Of a stretch of 64,000 nucleotides of DNA, positions 47,832-57,337 are shown one piece after another. Source of the stretch: a virus; IMG/VR virus record IMGVR_UViG_3300027706_000269, positions 1 through 64,000 of that record; one strand, written 5' to 3'. The notes beneath the pieces were generated by a model. The model was not told where the DNA came from and did not search any database. It saw only the letters and a program-made list of their open reading frames with translations. Every line of letters starts with the position of its first letter. Position 1 is the stretch's first letter. Position numbers and translations under genes: made by a program.

Positions 47832-48030
47832 GCCGGCCAAGTCATAATCCCCCAACGGCCCGCAGGCGATTGCCAACGTCGAGGTACTGGCCGCGATCGC
47901 CGAGCAGACCGGCCGACCGGTGCGACTGGTGGCGATCAGCCATGCACAAGCGGTTGCAGGCATGCGCCAAGCCGGGAGGTCTGAGCTCCTCGTACAGGTC
48001 ATGTCCAACCTCAACCGCTTCATTCAGTGA
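47832..48030 (+). pseudogene. Fragment resembling an NmrA/SDR oxidoreductase C terminus
   Basis: AGQVII/PNGPQAIANVEVLAAIAEQTGRPVRLVAIS...MRQAG...VMSNLNRFI, with a frameshift and no start. Confidence 0.45.
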
Positions 48031-48139
48031 GTCCGTGTGCAGCGAGGCTACAGCGCGCTCCCGCAGGTTCGGCGGGAAACGGACATACGCCCTAAACTTT
48101 CCGGTCTGGTCCGATGGATTGCGCAGGGGTTTGGGAAAT

Positions 48140-48171
48140 GAGTTCGAAATCGGTGGTTGTCTGCACCACCA
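48140..48171. other. Candidate att junction between the prophages
   Basis: GTTCGAA...GGTGGT-N7-ACCACC-A: an inverted repeat ending in a tRNA-like CACCA, followed by a terminator. Confidence 0.4.
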
Positions 48172-48178
48172 ATACCCC

Positions 48179-48208
48179 AAGGCCAACCGATCTCGGTTGG
48201 CCTTTTTT
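48179..48208 (+). terminator. Intrinsic terminator at the left end of prophage B
   Basis: AAGGCCAACCGA-TC-TCGGTTGGCCTT followed by TTTT. Confidence 0.85.
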
Positions 48209-48431
48209 CATGCCCGCAACGCCAGTATTGGCGCGGTTTCCGGGCGGCGCCTTGCGGACGCGCACGCCGTCTGGGCGCCGTTCCCGCCCCGACAGCGCCT
48301 CTCTGTTCTCGGTTTTTCTCTGCGGCCCGTGGTGGGAACCAGGGGCCACCTCCTTGTCTGACAAGGACTTAGAGACCCCCGGTTGTAGTCAGAAACTGCC
48401 TTGCGGCGGCGACCCGGGCGCGACGAAGCGC

Positions 48432-48462
48432 AAAAAAGCCGCCCGCAGGCGGGTGCGGCGGC
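48432..48462 (-). terminator. Probable terminator of the recombinase operon
   Basis: GC-rich stem followed by T6 on the minus strand, just after the stop at 48469. Confidence 0.6.
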
Positions 48463-48468
48463 GTGACA

Positions 48469-48933
48469 TCAGTCAAGCAACCGCACCTGCTCGCGCCAGC
48501 CGTAAGGCCAGGGGCGGCCCAGCACCTTCTCGACGGCGAGGTCGGGCGATCCGATCAGCCGCTCGACCACCTCGGGCGCGAGCAGCGTCAGCCGCATCAG
48601 GCGATGCACTTTGGATACATCCAGCCCTTCGGCCTGGGCGATCTCGGCCGCCGACGCCACCCGCCCCTCATGGAGCAGCCGTTGCCAGTGGTGCGCCAGC
48701 CCGAGCGCGCGCATCAACGCCGTGTCCTTGGCCTCGGTGCGCGCCGGGCCGGCCCACGTCGAGTGAACCTCCACACCTTTCGGTGCGCCGGGCGGCGCGA
48801 TCACCGCGCGCCGGATGCCGCGCTGCACCAGCCGCCAGGGCACGAAGGTTTCCAGTTTCACGCCGCCCGCCGGCGTCGGCAGTTTCTGGGTGACCGGCGC
48901 TCCCTCGATGCGTCCCCGGTGCTTCGTGCTCAC
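48469..48933 (-). CDS. Recombinase-associated small HTH protein 2 (B)
   Basis: Homologue of 1-474. Confidence 0.8.
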   Translation of the reverse strand: MSTKHRGRIEGAPVTQKLPTPAGGVKLETFVPWRLVQRGIRRAVIAPPGAPKGVEVHSTWAGPARTEAKDTALMRALGLAHHWQRLLHEGRVASAAEIAQAEGLDVSKVHRLMRLTLLAPEVVERLIGSPDLAVEKVLGRPWPYGWREQVRLLD

Positions 48934-49313
48934 GCTTTCTCCTCGAAGCGCCGCACGATCTCGCGCTGGGCCGCCCAGTCCACCGGCAGCGGGTGGCGCT
49001 GGAACCAGATCAGGCTCATCCGGCGTGGCTGCCGCCCGGCCATCAGCATCTCGACGATGTCGGGCGCGAGCAGCGTCAGGCGCAGCAGCTCGTTGACCAC
49101 CGAGTGGTGCAGCCCTTCGGCACGCGCGATGGCCGAGCCGCTGGGCATCGCGCCGCTGTCTAGCAGCCGTTGCCAGTGGAAGGCCCGTGCCATCCCTTCG
49201 ATGAGCGTGCTGTCGTGCGCGTCCCGGTCCTCGGCCTGGTGCTGAACCAGCCGGCGCACGCCGCGCCGCCGCAGGGTCAGCGGCACGAAGGTCTCGAGCG
49301 TCCCGTCCTTCAT
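48930..49313 (-). CDS. Recombinase-associated small HTH protein 1 (B)
   Basis: Homologue of 471-854. Confidence 0.8.
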   Translation of the reverse strand: MKDGTLETFVPLTLRRRGVRRLVQHQAEDRDAHDSTLIEGMARAFHWQRLLDSGAMPSGSAIARAEGLHHSVVNELLRLTLLAPDIVEMLMAGRQPRRMSLIWFQRHPLPVDWAAQREIVRRFEEKA

Positions 49314-50689
49314 GCCTCGACCTCCAGCAGCTCGGCGCCGATGCTCCTGGGCGCGAACTCGCCGATCAAGGCGTCCCAGCCCAGTTCGCGCCACTTCACC
49401 CGGATGCCCTGCATCTCGTCGGTGTGGACGAGATCGATGCGCTCGATCATCAGGTTGGCGATGCGGTGCTGCTCAACCGGGAAGAGCTGATCCCACACGT
49501 CGTTGAGGCGCCCCATCGCCATCACGACCGTGGCCTCGTCGATCGGTGCGCCCTGGCGTTGGATGTGGCGCACGACGGCGGCGATGGATTCGGGGCTGGT
49601 CAGCACGGTGCGGATCTGGGCCACGACCGCCGCCTCGATCTCGCGGGCGGGCAGGCGCTCGTAGCTCTTGCCCGGCGCGCCGAAGCGGCTCTCGGACTTG
49701 GAGACGTAGTACTGGTACTTGCGGCCGTTCTTGCGCGAGTACGTGGGGTACATGCGTTCGCCCGTCGGCGCGTACAGCAGCCCGCGCAGCAGCGCATCGT
49801 TGCGCGAGCGGATCTTGGTGTCCACCGACCGCGCGTGGCTGTCGCGGGCCAGCACCGCGTGAACCTGGTTCCACAGCTGGCGTTCGATGATCGGCTCGTG
49901 CACGCCGGGGTACCACTGGCCCCGGTTCGACAACTCCCCGAGGTATATGCGGTTGCGCAGCACCTTGTGGATGTACTTCTTGTCGATGCGCGTGCCGGTC
50001 CGCACCCGCCCGTCCTGCGTCGTCCACGCCTTGGTCGTGATGCCCTCGGCGGTCAGGCGCGCTGCGATCTGCGTGGGTGAGCCAATGGTCAACATCTCCT
50101 CGAAGATGCGGCGCACCACCGCCGCCTCGGCGGGGTTGACCACCAACTGGCGATTGACCACGTCGTAGCCGATGGTGGGCACGCCGCCCATCCACAGCCC
50201 CTTCTTCTTGGCCGCGGCGATCTTGTCGCGGATGCGCTCGCCCGTGACCTCGCGCTCGAACTGGGCGAAGGACAGCAGGATGTTGAGCGTGAGCCGCCCC
50301 ATCGAGGTCGTGGTGTTGAACTGCTGCGTGACCGAGACGAAGGACACGCCGTGGCGCTCGAACACCTCGACCATCTTGGAGAAGTCGGCGAGGCTCCTCG
50401 TCAGGCGGTCGATCTTGTAGACCACCACGATGTCGATCAGCCCGCGCTGGATATCGGCCATCAGGCGCTTCAAGGCCGGGCGCTCGGTGTTGCCGCCGGA
50501 GTAGCCGGGGTCGTCGTAGTCGTCGGCCACCGGAATCCATCCCTCGGCGCGCTGGCTGGCGATGAAGGCGTGCCCGGCTTCCTTTTGCGCATCGATGGAG
50601 TTGAACTCCTGGTCGAGCCGCTCGTCCGACGACACCCGGCAGTAGACCGCACAGCGCTTGCGCGCCTTGGTGGAGGCGATTTCCGTCAT
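49310..50689 (-). CDS. Large serine recombinase (B)
   Basis: Same motifs and length as 851-2230; near-identical protein. Confidence 0.95.
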   Translation of the reverse strand: MTEIASTKARKRCAVYCRVSSDERLDQEFNSIDAQKEAGHAFIASQRAEGWIPVADDYDDPGYSGGNTERPALKRLMADIQRGLIDIVVVYKIDRLTRSLADFSKMVEVFERHGVSFVSVTQQFNTTTSMGRLTLNILLSFAQFEREVTGERIRDKIAAAKKKGLWMGGVPTIGYDVVNRQLVVNPAEAAVVRRIFEEMLTIGSPTQIAARLTAEGITTKAWTTQDGRVRTGTRIDKKYIHKVLRNRIYLGELSNRGQWYPGVHEPIIERQLWNQVHAVLARDSHARSVDTKIRSRNDALLRGLLYAPTGERMYPTYSRKNGRKYQYYVSKSESRFGAPGKSYERLPAREIEAAVVAQIRTVLTSPESIAAVVRHIQRQGAPIDEATVVMAMGRLNDVWDQLFPVEQHRIANLMIERIDLVHTDEMQGIRVKWRELGWDALIGEFAPRSIGAELLEVEA

Positions 50690-51132
50690 CAGGCGCCTCC
50701 CTTCAGGCCGAAGAACAGCGGGCCGCTCCAATGCTGGCCGGTGATGTGCCGCGCCACGGCGGTCAGGCTCTTGAAGCGGCGGCCTTCGTATTCGAAGTGA
50801 CCATCGGCGTCAACCGTCACCCGGTGCTCGCGCTCGCCCCATTCGCGTAGCAGCACGGTGCCCGGTGCGAAGTCGAACTTGCGCGGGCGCGCGCGCAGTT
50901 TGATCTTGGAGTGCTTCGCGCCGATGGCCTCAAGGCGCTGGCGCGTTTCGGGTGCGAGTCCGCCGAAGGCTTCTTCCTGCAGCTTGTAGGCGATACGGGA
51001 TTCGACATGGGTGCGGTTCGGAAACTCCGGGCGCCGCTCGAAGTACCGATCCCAGAGCACCCAGAGTTCGGCCATCGGCAGGTGACTCAGCTCGGCGATC
51101 CGCGCCGCGATGGAAGCTTGTTTCTCGTTCAT
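50689..51132 (-). CDS. DUF2924 family protein (B)
   Basis: Homologue of 2230-2685. Confidence 0.88.
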   Translation of the reverse strand: MNEKQASIAARIAELSHLPMAELWVLWDRYFERRPEFPNRTHVESRIAYKLQEEAFGGLAPETRQRLEAIGAKHSKIKLRARPRKFDFAPGTVLLREWGEREHRVTVDADGHFEYEGRRFKSLTAVARHITGQHWSGPLFFGLKGGA

Positions 51133-51323
51133 CACAACTTCTCCTGTTGAGAGGGGGTTGTATGAACGCGCTGGTCGGGCAAGAAGCCAAGGCGAACCGC
51201 GCTCTGTTCCAGCCCGGAAGACCCGAGGGTACGGACGATGGCGGCCGCAAGGATGGTGGTGATTTCGCCAGCACGGGCGCTGGCGCTCATCTCTGCCGGA
51301 GATGCAAGTTCGAGGTTCTTCAT
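51132..51323 (-). CDS. Small hypothetical protein, 63 aa (B)
   Basis: Homologue of 2682-2873. Confidence 0.6.
   Translation of the reverse strand: MKNLELASPAEMSASARAGEITTILAAAIVRTLGSSGLEQSAVRLGFLPDQRVHTTPSQQEKL
51162..51192 (-). promoter_or_regulatory. 31-bp motif, copy 5
   Basis: ATGAACGCGCTGGTCGGGCAAGAAGCCAAGG. Confidence 0.7.
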
Positions 51324-51427
51324 GACGGCTCCAGGGAATAGAAACCGCCAGGGATGATGTGCGCAGCTTTCCGAAGCGGATCGCAACGCCGATCAATCGG
51401 CGCGGCGCGCTGACGCCTCAACGGCGG

Positions 51428-53683
51428 TCAGACGTCTTCGGTGACTGCTTCGATCGCAGCGCTGCGCGTGTCGCTGTCATCGACGATCACTCGATCGAGT
51501 GGGGTCAGCTTCAGCTGCCACGCCCGCGTGCCTGGGACCTTTTCGAGATAGTCGCGCCAGGGCGAGTGCTTGCCGGTGAAGAGGTTGGCCGGAGACGTGC
51601 AGCCCGTGCCGGCCATCAGCGCCTTCGTGTTGACGTGGGGCGTTCCTGCGGCCCAGGCCTCCACCAGCCGCTGCAAGACGGCGATCCTTGCTTTGCCCGT
51701 GACCCGCCACGGCGCCTTGCCCGGAAGGTACAGCGTCGCCGCGTGACCATCGGGGGCGACCTTGAGCGTCACCGTCGACCCGCCCATGGCCGCCAGTTGC
51801 CCGTGGCGATAGGCCACCTTCAGCCGGTCCAGGTCGATGGCGCTGCCGTTGCCCGCATCGGCGAGCACATCCTCGATGGGAATGACGACATTGGTGCCGG
51901 CGAATGGCAGCGGCGTCGAGGTCGTCGTCAACACCACGCCCGCCACCGGGCGCGGACGAAGCCTCAGCGCAGCGTCGACTTTCGCGTACGCGCGCTCGTG
52001 GGACATCCTGGAGGCGAAGTACAGCGCCACGGCATGGCCGTCGATGTCGATCTCGCCAAGGAACACCGGCTCGTCGTCGAAGTGCCGACTGCGGGGTCCT
52101 TTCAAGGCCGATCCCAGCGCCGTGATCAATTCCTCGCGCAACCAGTCCAGCTGCACCTTCCAGCGCCGGGCGAGACGGGCCGGCATGACCACGTCGTTGC
52201 CCGTCAGAGGATCGCGGTAGCGCACGGTGTCGGCATCGGCGCAGCGTTCGAGCACCACCTTCATCGGCTCGCCTTCGTCGACGGGGACCGACAGCTCGGC
52301 GATGCGCTCGCCTTCGATGAGGATGCCTTCGTCCTGCAGCCGCTCGATGTCGATGCCGAGCTTATGCAGTGCGAAGCCGTCCATCGGGCTGCTGGCGCTC
52401 TCCAGAAGCCGGGCCACCTGCGCGATCAGGCTCGGATCGTCCCGCCCGCAGCCCGGGTGCAGCGGTTTGCGCACCCCCAGGGCCTCGAGCAGTTGCATCC
52501 CGGCGCGGCGCAGGCGTTGGTCTTTCTCGCCAGCCAGACTGCAGCGACCGGGCTCGGCCAGCACGATGGCCAGCGGGGTGGCCGCCGTCTCCCCCTCGAA
52601 CACCAGTTCGGCCACCAGGGTCACACCGAGCAAGGCACCAGGCTGCGCGAAGGGGTGGTTGCCCCAGCGCTCGTCGATCACCTCGTGCAGTTCTGCGCCG
52701 CTGTCGATGTGCAGCGTGACGGCGTCCGTGGCATGCCCAAGCAAAGCCTTGGCTTCGGTCAGATACAGCCGCTCGATGCGGCCCCCGTCGATGCGCGGCT
52801 TGGTGTCCTTCAGTGGCCGCGCAAAGCGCGACAGATCGTAGCGCGAGCGGTCCAGCGGACGGTTCGACAAGGGGGCCTTGAAGCCGTGCCGGGACAGCAC
52901 GTTGGCCAGCGGCGCACGGGTGCCCAGCGTCGGGGCAAAGACTTCGACGAGCCCACGATGAGGCGCGTAGATGAGGGTGGCGTCGCGCGCCGGGAAGTAG
53001 AAGAAGCTCTTGCGCTGGCGGTTGCGCATCTCCACCGCGGCCACCTGATCGCCGGCGAAGCGCACCACGAGGTAGTGCGTCGTCTGGGTCTGGCCTTGCC
53101 GGTCCGGCTCCTCCACGGCCACGTGGATGACCTCGCAGGGCTCAGCCAGCCGCATCGCCTCGGTGAGTTGCGCTTCCAGCCGGTCCTTGACCGCATCGTT
53201 CCACAGGAAGGGCGGCGCCTCGCCAGGCACGTCGAACGCGTCGTGCAGGCGTTTGAGCCCCTTCAGGTCCTGGGTGTTGACGATGGACTCGGCAGTGTCG
53301 AAGAGCTTGATCGAGGCCTCGCTGTGCGTGCGCATCCACACCGCGCGACCGACCTCGCCGCCTTCTTGCGCACGAAACCGTGCGAGCAGGTCCTCGTCGT
53401 AGAGCTGCTCGGCGACGGTGGCGAGGATGGCGGCCCCGCGTGCGGTGCTCAGGCGCAGCACCCGCAAGGCTTCGCGCTCGGCCGGATCGCGCCGCTCCTT
53501 GCGCAGGTGCTTGATGTGCTCGATGAGGGCAGCGCTCAGCTCCTTGTCCGCCCGCGTCCAATCAAACCCGCGCTGCAGTCCCAGGCACTCGGGCAGGCCG
53601 GCGAACAGCTTGAGGACTGAGGCCGGCACGCGCTCGACCAGCTCCAGCAGACAGTGTGCGTTGGTCAGGGTCTTCTTGCCCAT
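51428..53683 (-). CDS. Uncharacterised 751-aa protein, homologue of 4715-6928
   Basis: GGAGGGAG RBS; collinear shared motifs with the A protein. Confidence 0.85.
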   Translation of the reverse strand: MGKKTLTNAHCLLELVERVPASVLKLFAGLPECLGLQRGFDWTRADKELSAALIEHIKHLRKERRDPAEREALRVLRLSTARGAAILATVAEQLYDEDLLARFRAQEGGEVGRAVWMRTHSEASIKLFDTAESIVNTQDLKGLKRLHDAFDVPGEAPPFLWNDAVKDRLEAQLTEAMRLAEPCEVIHVAVEEPDRQGQTQTTHYLVVRFAGDQVAAVEMRNRQRKSFFYFPARDATLIYAPHRGLVEVFAPTLGTRAPLANVLSRHGFKAPLSNRPLDRSRYDLSRFARPLKDTKPRIDGGRIERLYLTEAKALLGHATDAVTLHIDSGAELHEVIDERWGNHPFAQPGALLGVTLVAELVFEGETAATPLAIVLAEPGRCSLAGEKDQRLRRAGMQLLEALGVRKPLHPGCGRDDPSLIAQVARLLESASSPMDGFALHKLGIDIERLQDEGILIEGERIAELSVPVDEGEPMKVVLERCADADTVRYRDPLTGNDVVMPARLARRWKVQLDWLREELITALGSALKGPRSRHFDDEPVFLGEIDIDGHAVALYFASRMSHERAYAKVDAALRLRPRPVAGVVLTTTSTPLPFAGTNVVIPIEDVLADAGNGSAIDLDRLKVAYRHGQLAAMGGSTVTLKVAPDGHAATLYLPGKAPWRVTGKARIAVLQRLVEAWAAGTPHVNTKALMAGTGCTSPANLFTGKHSPWRDYLEKVPGTRAWQLKLTPLDRVIVDDSDTRSAAIEAVTEDV

Positions 53684-53708
53684 GCTCCCTCCGATACAGC
53701 GCGGTGCC

Positions 53709-54281
53709 TCACATGGCCATGACCCATGGGCGCATCACCGCCACCGATTGCGTCAGCCCCTGCGCCAGCAGGGTGTCCAGGTAGTCGTCCGCCGACTTGG
53801 GCGGGTTCTTCAGACTGCGGCGGTGGCGGGCGACTGCTTCGAGCACGCCGGCCGGGTGCAGATCCAGCAGATCGACGATGAAGTCGTCCGGATGCTGCGC
53901 CGCGAGGTTGTAGGGCTTGAGCGCCTCGGGCGGGAAGTCCTTGAGGTTGAAGGTCACGATGAGGCTGGCGCCGGCGTGGATGGCGGCCGCCACCACATGG
54001 CGGTCGCTGGGGTCGGGCAACTCGATCGAGGCAATCAGGTACTCGAAGCCGGTGACCAGGCAGTCGCGGACGTGGGCGTTCATCAGCCGCCGCGTGCGCT
54101 CGAGCTGTTCGACCGAGAGATCGGGACGGCTGGCCAGCACGTGGCGCATCCACTCGTCGTGAATCATGTCGCTCCAGCGCGCCCGGTACAGGTCCGACAG
54201 CGCCAGATGCATCAACAGATCGCGCAGGGGCGCGGGATAGAGCACGCAGGCGTCGTAGACGACGGTGAAGTGCGAGCTCAT
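53709..54281 (-). CDS. PIN-domain protein (VapC-like)
   Basis: VVYDACVLY, IHDEW, PDPSDRHVVAAA and IVTFNLKDFP. Confidence 0.9.
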   Translation of the reverse strand: MSSHFTVVYDACVLYPAPLRDLLMHLALSDLYRARWSDMIHDEWMRHVLASRPDLSVEQLERTRRLMNAHVRDCLVTGFEYLIASIELPDPSDRHVVAAAIHAGASLIVTFNLKDFPPEALKPYNLAAQHPDDFIVDLLDLHPAGVLEAVARHRRSLKNPPKSADDYLDTLLAQGLTQSVAVMRPWVMAM

Positions 54282-54285
54282 CCGC

Positions 54286-54747
54286 TCAGTACCCCATGCC
54301 GAGTTCCTGGGCCTGCGCGGCCAGTTCGTCGAGGGCCTTGCGGCGCTCGGCATCGATCCGGTGCTTGTAGGCGATCACGTCCTGGTAACGCACCCGACGA
54401 TGCGTGCCGATCTTGTGGAACGGGATCTCGCCTTTTTCCAGCAACTGCACGAGGAAGGGCCGCGAGACGTTGAGCAGGTCGGCCGCTTCCTGCGTGGTCA
54501 GTTCGGCGTGGATGGGGATGACGGTGACGGCATTGCCCTGGCCGATCTCGGTCAGCACGTCCAGCAGCAACCGCAGCGCCGTCGTCGGCAGCGTCACTGA
54601 GCGCACGGCGCCCTTGTCGTCGTGGAAGTCGATCTGCTGGGTCTCGGCGCGCGTTTGCAGCACCGTCGAGAGCACGCGCCCGGATTCCCGAGCCAGCGCG
54701 ACGTCCTCGGCTGAGGGCAGCACCTTGGGGATGGTGGGGGTCGTCAT
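54286..54747 (-). CDS. Excisionase-family HTH regulator/antitoxin
   Basis: ELTTQEAADLLNVSRPFLVQLLE.GEIPF.KIGTHRRV; typical partner of this PIN family. Confidence 0.88.
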   Translation of the reverse strand: MTTPTIPKVLPSAEDVALARESGRVLSTVLQTRAETQQIDFHDDKGAVRSVTLPTTALRLLLDVLTEIGQGNAVTVIPIHAELTTQEAADLLNVSRPFLVQLLEKGEIPFHKIGTHRRVRYQDVIAYKHRIDAERRKALDELAAQAQELGMGY

Positions 54748-54783
54748 GGGGCTCTCCTGGTCGGATCGGATGCGATAGGGGTC

Positions 54784-54820
54784 ATTGTAAACGAAACAAA
54801 CGAAATCGCAATAACCGAAA
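54784..54820 (-). promoter_or_regulatory. Promoter overlapped by CGAAA direct repeats
   Basis: Minus strand TTGCGA-16 bp-TACAAT. AAACGAAA at 54789 and 54798, AACCGAAA at 54813. Confidence 0.62.
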
Positions 54821-54841
54821 AGACATTGTTCTAACCATACA

Positions 54842-54854
54842 AATCAAAGACTTA
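54842..54854 (+). promoter_or_regulatory. IHF consensus site
   Basis: AATCAAAGACTTA matches WATCAANNNNTTR, between divergent promoters. Confidence 0.45.
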
Positions 54855-54973
54855 AGGCGCATGCCTGGCTCGCCACCGGTCGGGCCGCGCCCCGTGATCG
54901 CCTAAAAAGCACTCGCCCAAGCCCAAAGCGCCGGGCAATTCAATGAGGGCTCCCAAACAGAAGGAGCCCCGCC

Positions 54974-55237
54974 ATGCAGAAACACCCTGCATCTGTTCGA
55001 TCCACCCGGAACTTCTATCCGGCACCACCCGAAGGCACGACGCCGGTCGCGCTCAACGAGTTCGAACTCGCCGCCCGCTGGCGACTGTCCGTCCACACCC
55101 TGCGCCGCTGGCGGCAGGAGCAGCTGGGCCCGGTCTTTTGCAAGCTGGGCGCACGCGTCACCTACCTGATCAGCGACGTCGAGGCCTTCGAGCGGCGCGT
55201 CTCGCGCTACTCGACCTTCGCTCGGGCATACCAGTGA
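54974..55237 (+). CDS. AlpA/excisionase-like HTH protein (B)
   Basis: Homologue of 7088-7354. AAGGAG RBS. Confidence 0.85.
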   Translation: MQKHPASVRSTRNFYPAPPEGTTPVALNEFELAARWRLSVHTLRRWRQEQLGPVFCKLGARVTYLISDVEAFERRVSRYSTFARAYQ

Positions 55238-55247
55238 GGGGGCGGCC

Positions 55248-55727
55248 ATGAGCGACCTCACCCTCTACCCCGCCGACATCGCCGCGATGTCCGTCGGCCA
55301 GCTGGCTCAACTCCCGCCCGCCCAGAAGGCGCAGATCAGCCGCAACCTCGACGAAGCGCTCGCCTGGCTCAAGCAAGCCCGCGCCAAGTTCGACGCTGCG
55401 CTGGAGGCCGCCTACGGCGAGCAGGCCCGTGCTGCCCGCCTCGAGGCGGGCAAGGACTTCGGCGTCGTGCACCTGCAGGACGGTGCGCTGCGCGTGACGG
55501 TCGATGTCCCGAAGCGCGTGTCCTGGGACCAGGCGCAACTGGCGGCGATTGCCCGGCGCATCGCCGCCGCCGGCGAGAAGGTCGAGGACTACCTCGACGT
55601 CGAGTACTCCGTCTCGGAATCGCGCTTCTCCAACTGGCCGCCGGCACTGCGCGCCGGGTTCGAGGCCGCCCGCACCGTCAAGCCCGGCAAGCCCACGTTC
55701 CGGCTGGCCCTCGTCTCGGAGGAGTGA
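55248..55727 (+). CDS. Conserved phage early protein (B)
   Basis: Homologue of 7366-7845. Confidence 0.8.
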   Translation: MSDLTLYPADIAAMSVGQLAQLPPAQKAQISRNLDEALAWLKQARAKFDAALEAAYGEQARAARLEAGKDFGVVHLQDGALRVTVDVPKRVSWDQAQLAAIARRIAAAGEKVEDYLDVEYSVSESRFSNWPPALRAGFEAARTVKPGKPTFRLALVSEE

Positions 55728-55730
55728 TCC

Positions 55731-56504
55731 ATGAGCACCGAACTGATCCCGTTTGATTTCGAAGGCCGTCCGGTCCGGGTCGTCACGGATGCCCAAGGCG
55801 AACCGTGGTTCGTCGCGGCGGATGTGTGCGCGGTTCTTGAACTGCCGAACACCACCCGCGCCCTGGCGCGGCTGGACCCTGACGAGCAAGCCCTGATCTC
55901 GATTCAGGGCATCTCGCGCGGCAATGACCAGGTCAACGTCGTCAACGAGCCCGGGCTGTACAGCCTGGTCCTCGGCAGCCGCAAGCGCGAGGCCAAGCGC
56001 TTCAAGCGCTGGGTCACCCACGAGGTGCTGCCGGCGATCCGCAAGACGGGCAGCTACACGGCGCCAAGTGCACGCCCGACCCTGCCGGCACCCACCCAGG
56101 ACCGCGTCGCCGCTCTGCTGCTGATCGGCGAGGCCGTGGCCAAGGTGCCGGGGGTCAAACCCGGCATCGCGATGGCGGCCACGCTCTCCTGCATCCAGGA
56201 GAACACGGGCTTGGCGGTCGAGACGCTGCGCCGCGCCCTTCCTGCCAGGGACACTGCCGCGAACGAGGCGATCTGCTCGCTCAACGCCACCCAGCTCGGC
56301 AGGCTGCTCGGCCTGTCGGCCAAGGCCACCAACCAGCGTCTGGCCACGCACGGCCTGCAGTTGCGCAACGAACGCGACGAGTGGGAACTGACCGAGGCCG
56401 GCGAGGCCTGGGCCGAAGCCATGCCGTACTCGCGCAACGGGCACAGCGGCTACCAGATCCTCTGGAACCCGGCGGTCGCGGAGCGGCTGAAGGAGGTGGC
56501 GTGA
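55731..56504 (+). CDS. Bro-N antirepressor-like protein (B)
   Basis: PWFVAADV, NEPGLY and AKRFKRWV. Confidence 0.9.
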   Translation: MSTELIPFDFEGRPVRVVTDAQGEPWFVAADVCAVLELPNTTRALARLDPDEQALISIQGISRGNDQVNVVNEPGLYSLVLGSRKREAKRFKRWVTHEVLPAIRKTGSYTAPSARPTLPAPTQDRVAALLLIGEAVAKVPGVKPGIAMAATLSCIQENTGLAVETLRRALPARDTAANEAICSLNATQLGRLLGLSAKATNQRLATHGLQLRNERDEWELTEAGEAWAEAMPYSRNGHSGYQILWNPAVAERLKEVA

Positions 56505-57334
56505 TGGCCCTCCCCATCATCACCGCCGACCAGCGGCTGCGCGAGAAGCAGGGCGTGAAGCTCGTGCTTCTAGGCAAGAGCGGCATCGGCAAGACCAGCC
56601 AGCTCAAGACGCTGCCGGAAGGATCGACCCTGTTCGTCGACCTCGAGGCTGGCGACTTGGCCGTCAAGGACTGGCGCGGCGACTGCGTGCGCCCGAGCAC
56701 CTGGCCGGAGTTCCGCGATCTCGTGGTGTTCCTCGCCGGCCCGAACCCGGCGCTGCCCGCCGACGCGCCGTTCTCCGAGGCGCACTACCGGCATGTGTGC
56801 GAGCGCTACGGCGATCCCGGTCAACTCGCCAAGTACGACACCTACTTCGTCGACTCGATCACGGTACTCGCGCGCCTGGCGCTCGTCTGGGCCAAGACCC
56901 AGCCGCAGGCCTACAGCGAGCGCAACGGCAAGCCCGACACCCGGGGCGCCTACGGCCTGCTCGGCTCGGAACTCATCGGGGCGCTGACCCACCTGCAGCA
57001 CGCGCGCGGCAAGCACGTGGTGTTCGTGGCCATCCTCGACGAGCGCCTGGACGACTTCAACCGCAAGGTCTTCGTGCCGCAGATCGAGGGCGCCAAGACC
57101 GCGGCGGAACTGCCCGGCATCGTCGATGAAGTCGTGACGCTGGCCGAGATCAAGGCCGAGGACGGATCGTCCTACCGCGCCTTCGTCTGCCACACGGTGA
57201 ACCCCTACGGCGTCCCGGCCAAGGACCGCTCCGGCCAGCTCGAGTTGCTGGAGCCGCCGAACCTGCGCGCGCTGATCGACAAGTGCGCCGCCGCCACTCG
57301 AATCCCGCCATCCCCCACTGCATCCCAGGAGTAA
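56504..57334 (+). CDS. Sak4-like AAA ATPase (B)
   Basis: GKSGIGKT; homologue of 8604-9425. Confidence 0.85.
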   Translation: MALPIITADQRLREKQGVKLVLLGKSGIGKTSQLKTLPEGSTLFVDLEAGDLAVKDWRGDCVRPSTWPEFRDLVVFLAGPNPALPADAPFSEAHYRHVCERYGDPGQLAKYDTYFVDSITVLARLALVWAKTQPQAYSERNGKPDTRGAYGLLGSELIGALTHLQHARGKHVVFVAILDERLDDFNRKVFVPQIEGAKTAAELPGIVDEVVTLAEIKAEDGSSYRAFVCHTVNPYGVPAKDRSGQLELLEPPNLRALIDKCAAATRIPPSPTASQE

Positions 57335-57337
57335 GCC

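Larger units (their letters stand above)
1..48100. mobile_element. Prophage A: lambda-like cos siphophage with a large serine recombinase
   Basis: Contiguous integration, early, replication, cos, head, tail and lysis modules. Unit length is ~48.5 kb, from homologous stop codons at 1 and 48469. Boundaries are approximate. Confidence 0.93.

Noticed and set aside
48100-48171. Intact tRNA gene
   Set aside because: No cloverleaf can be built, and the T-arm-to-CCA spacing is wrong.
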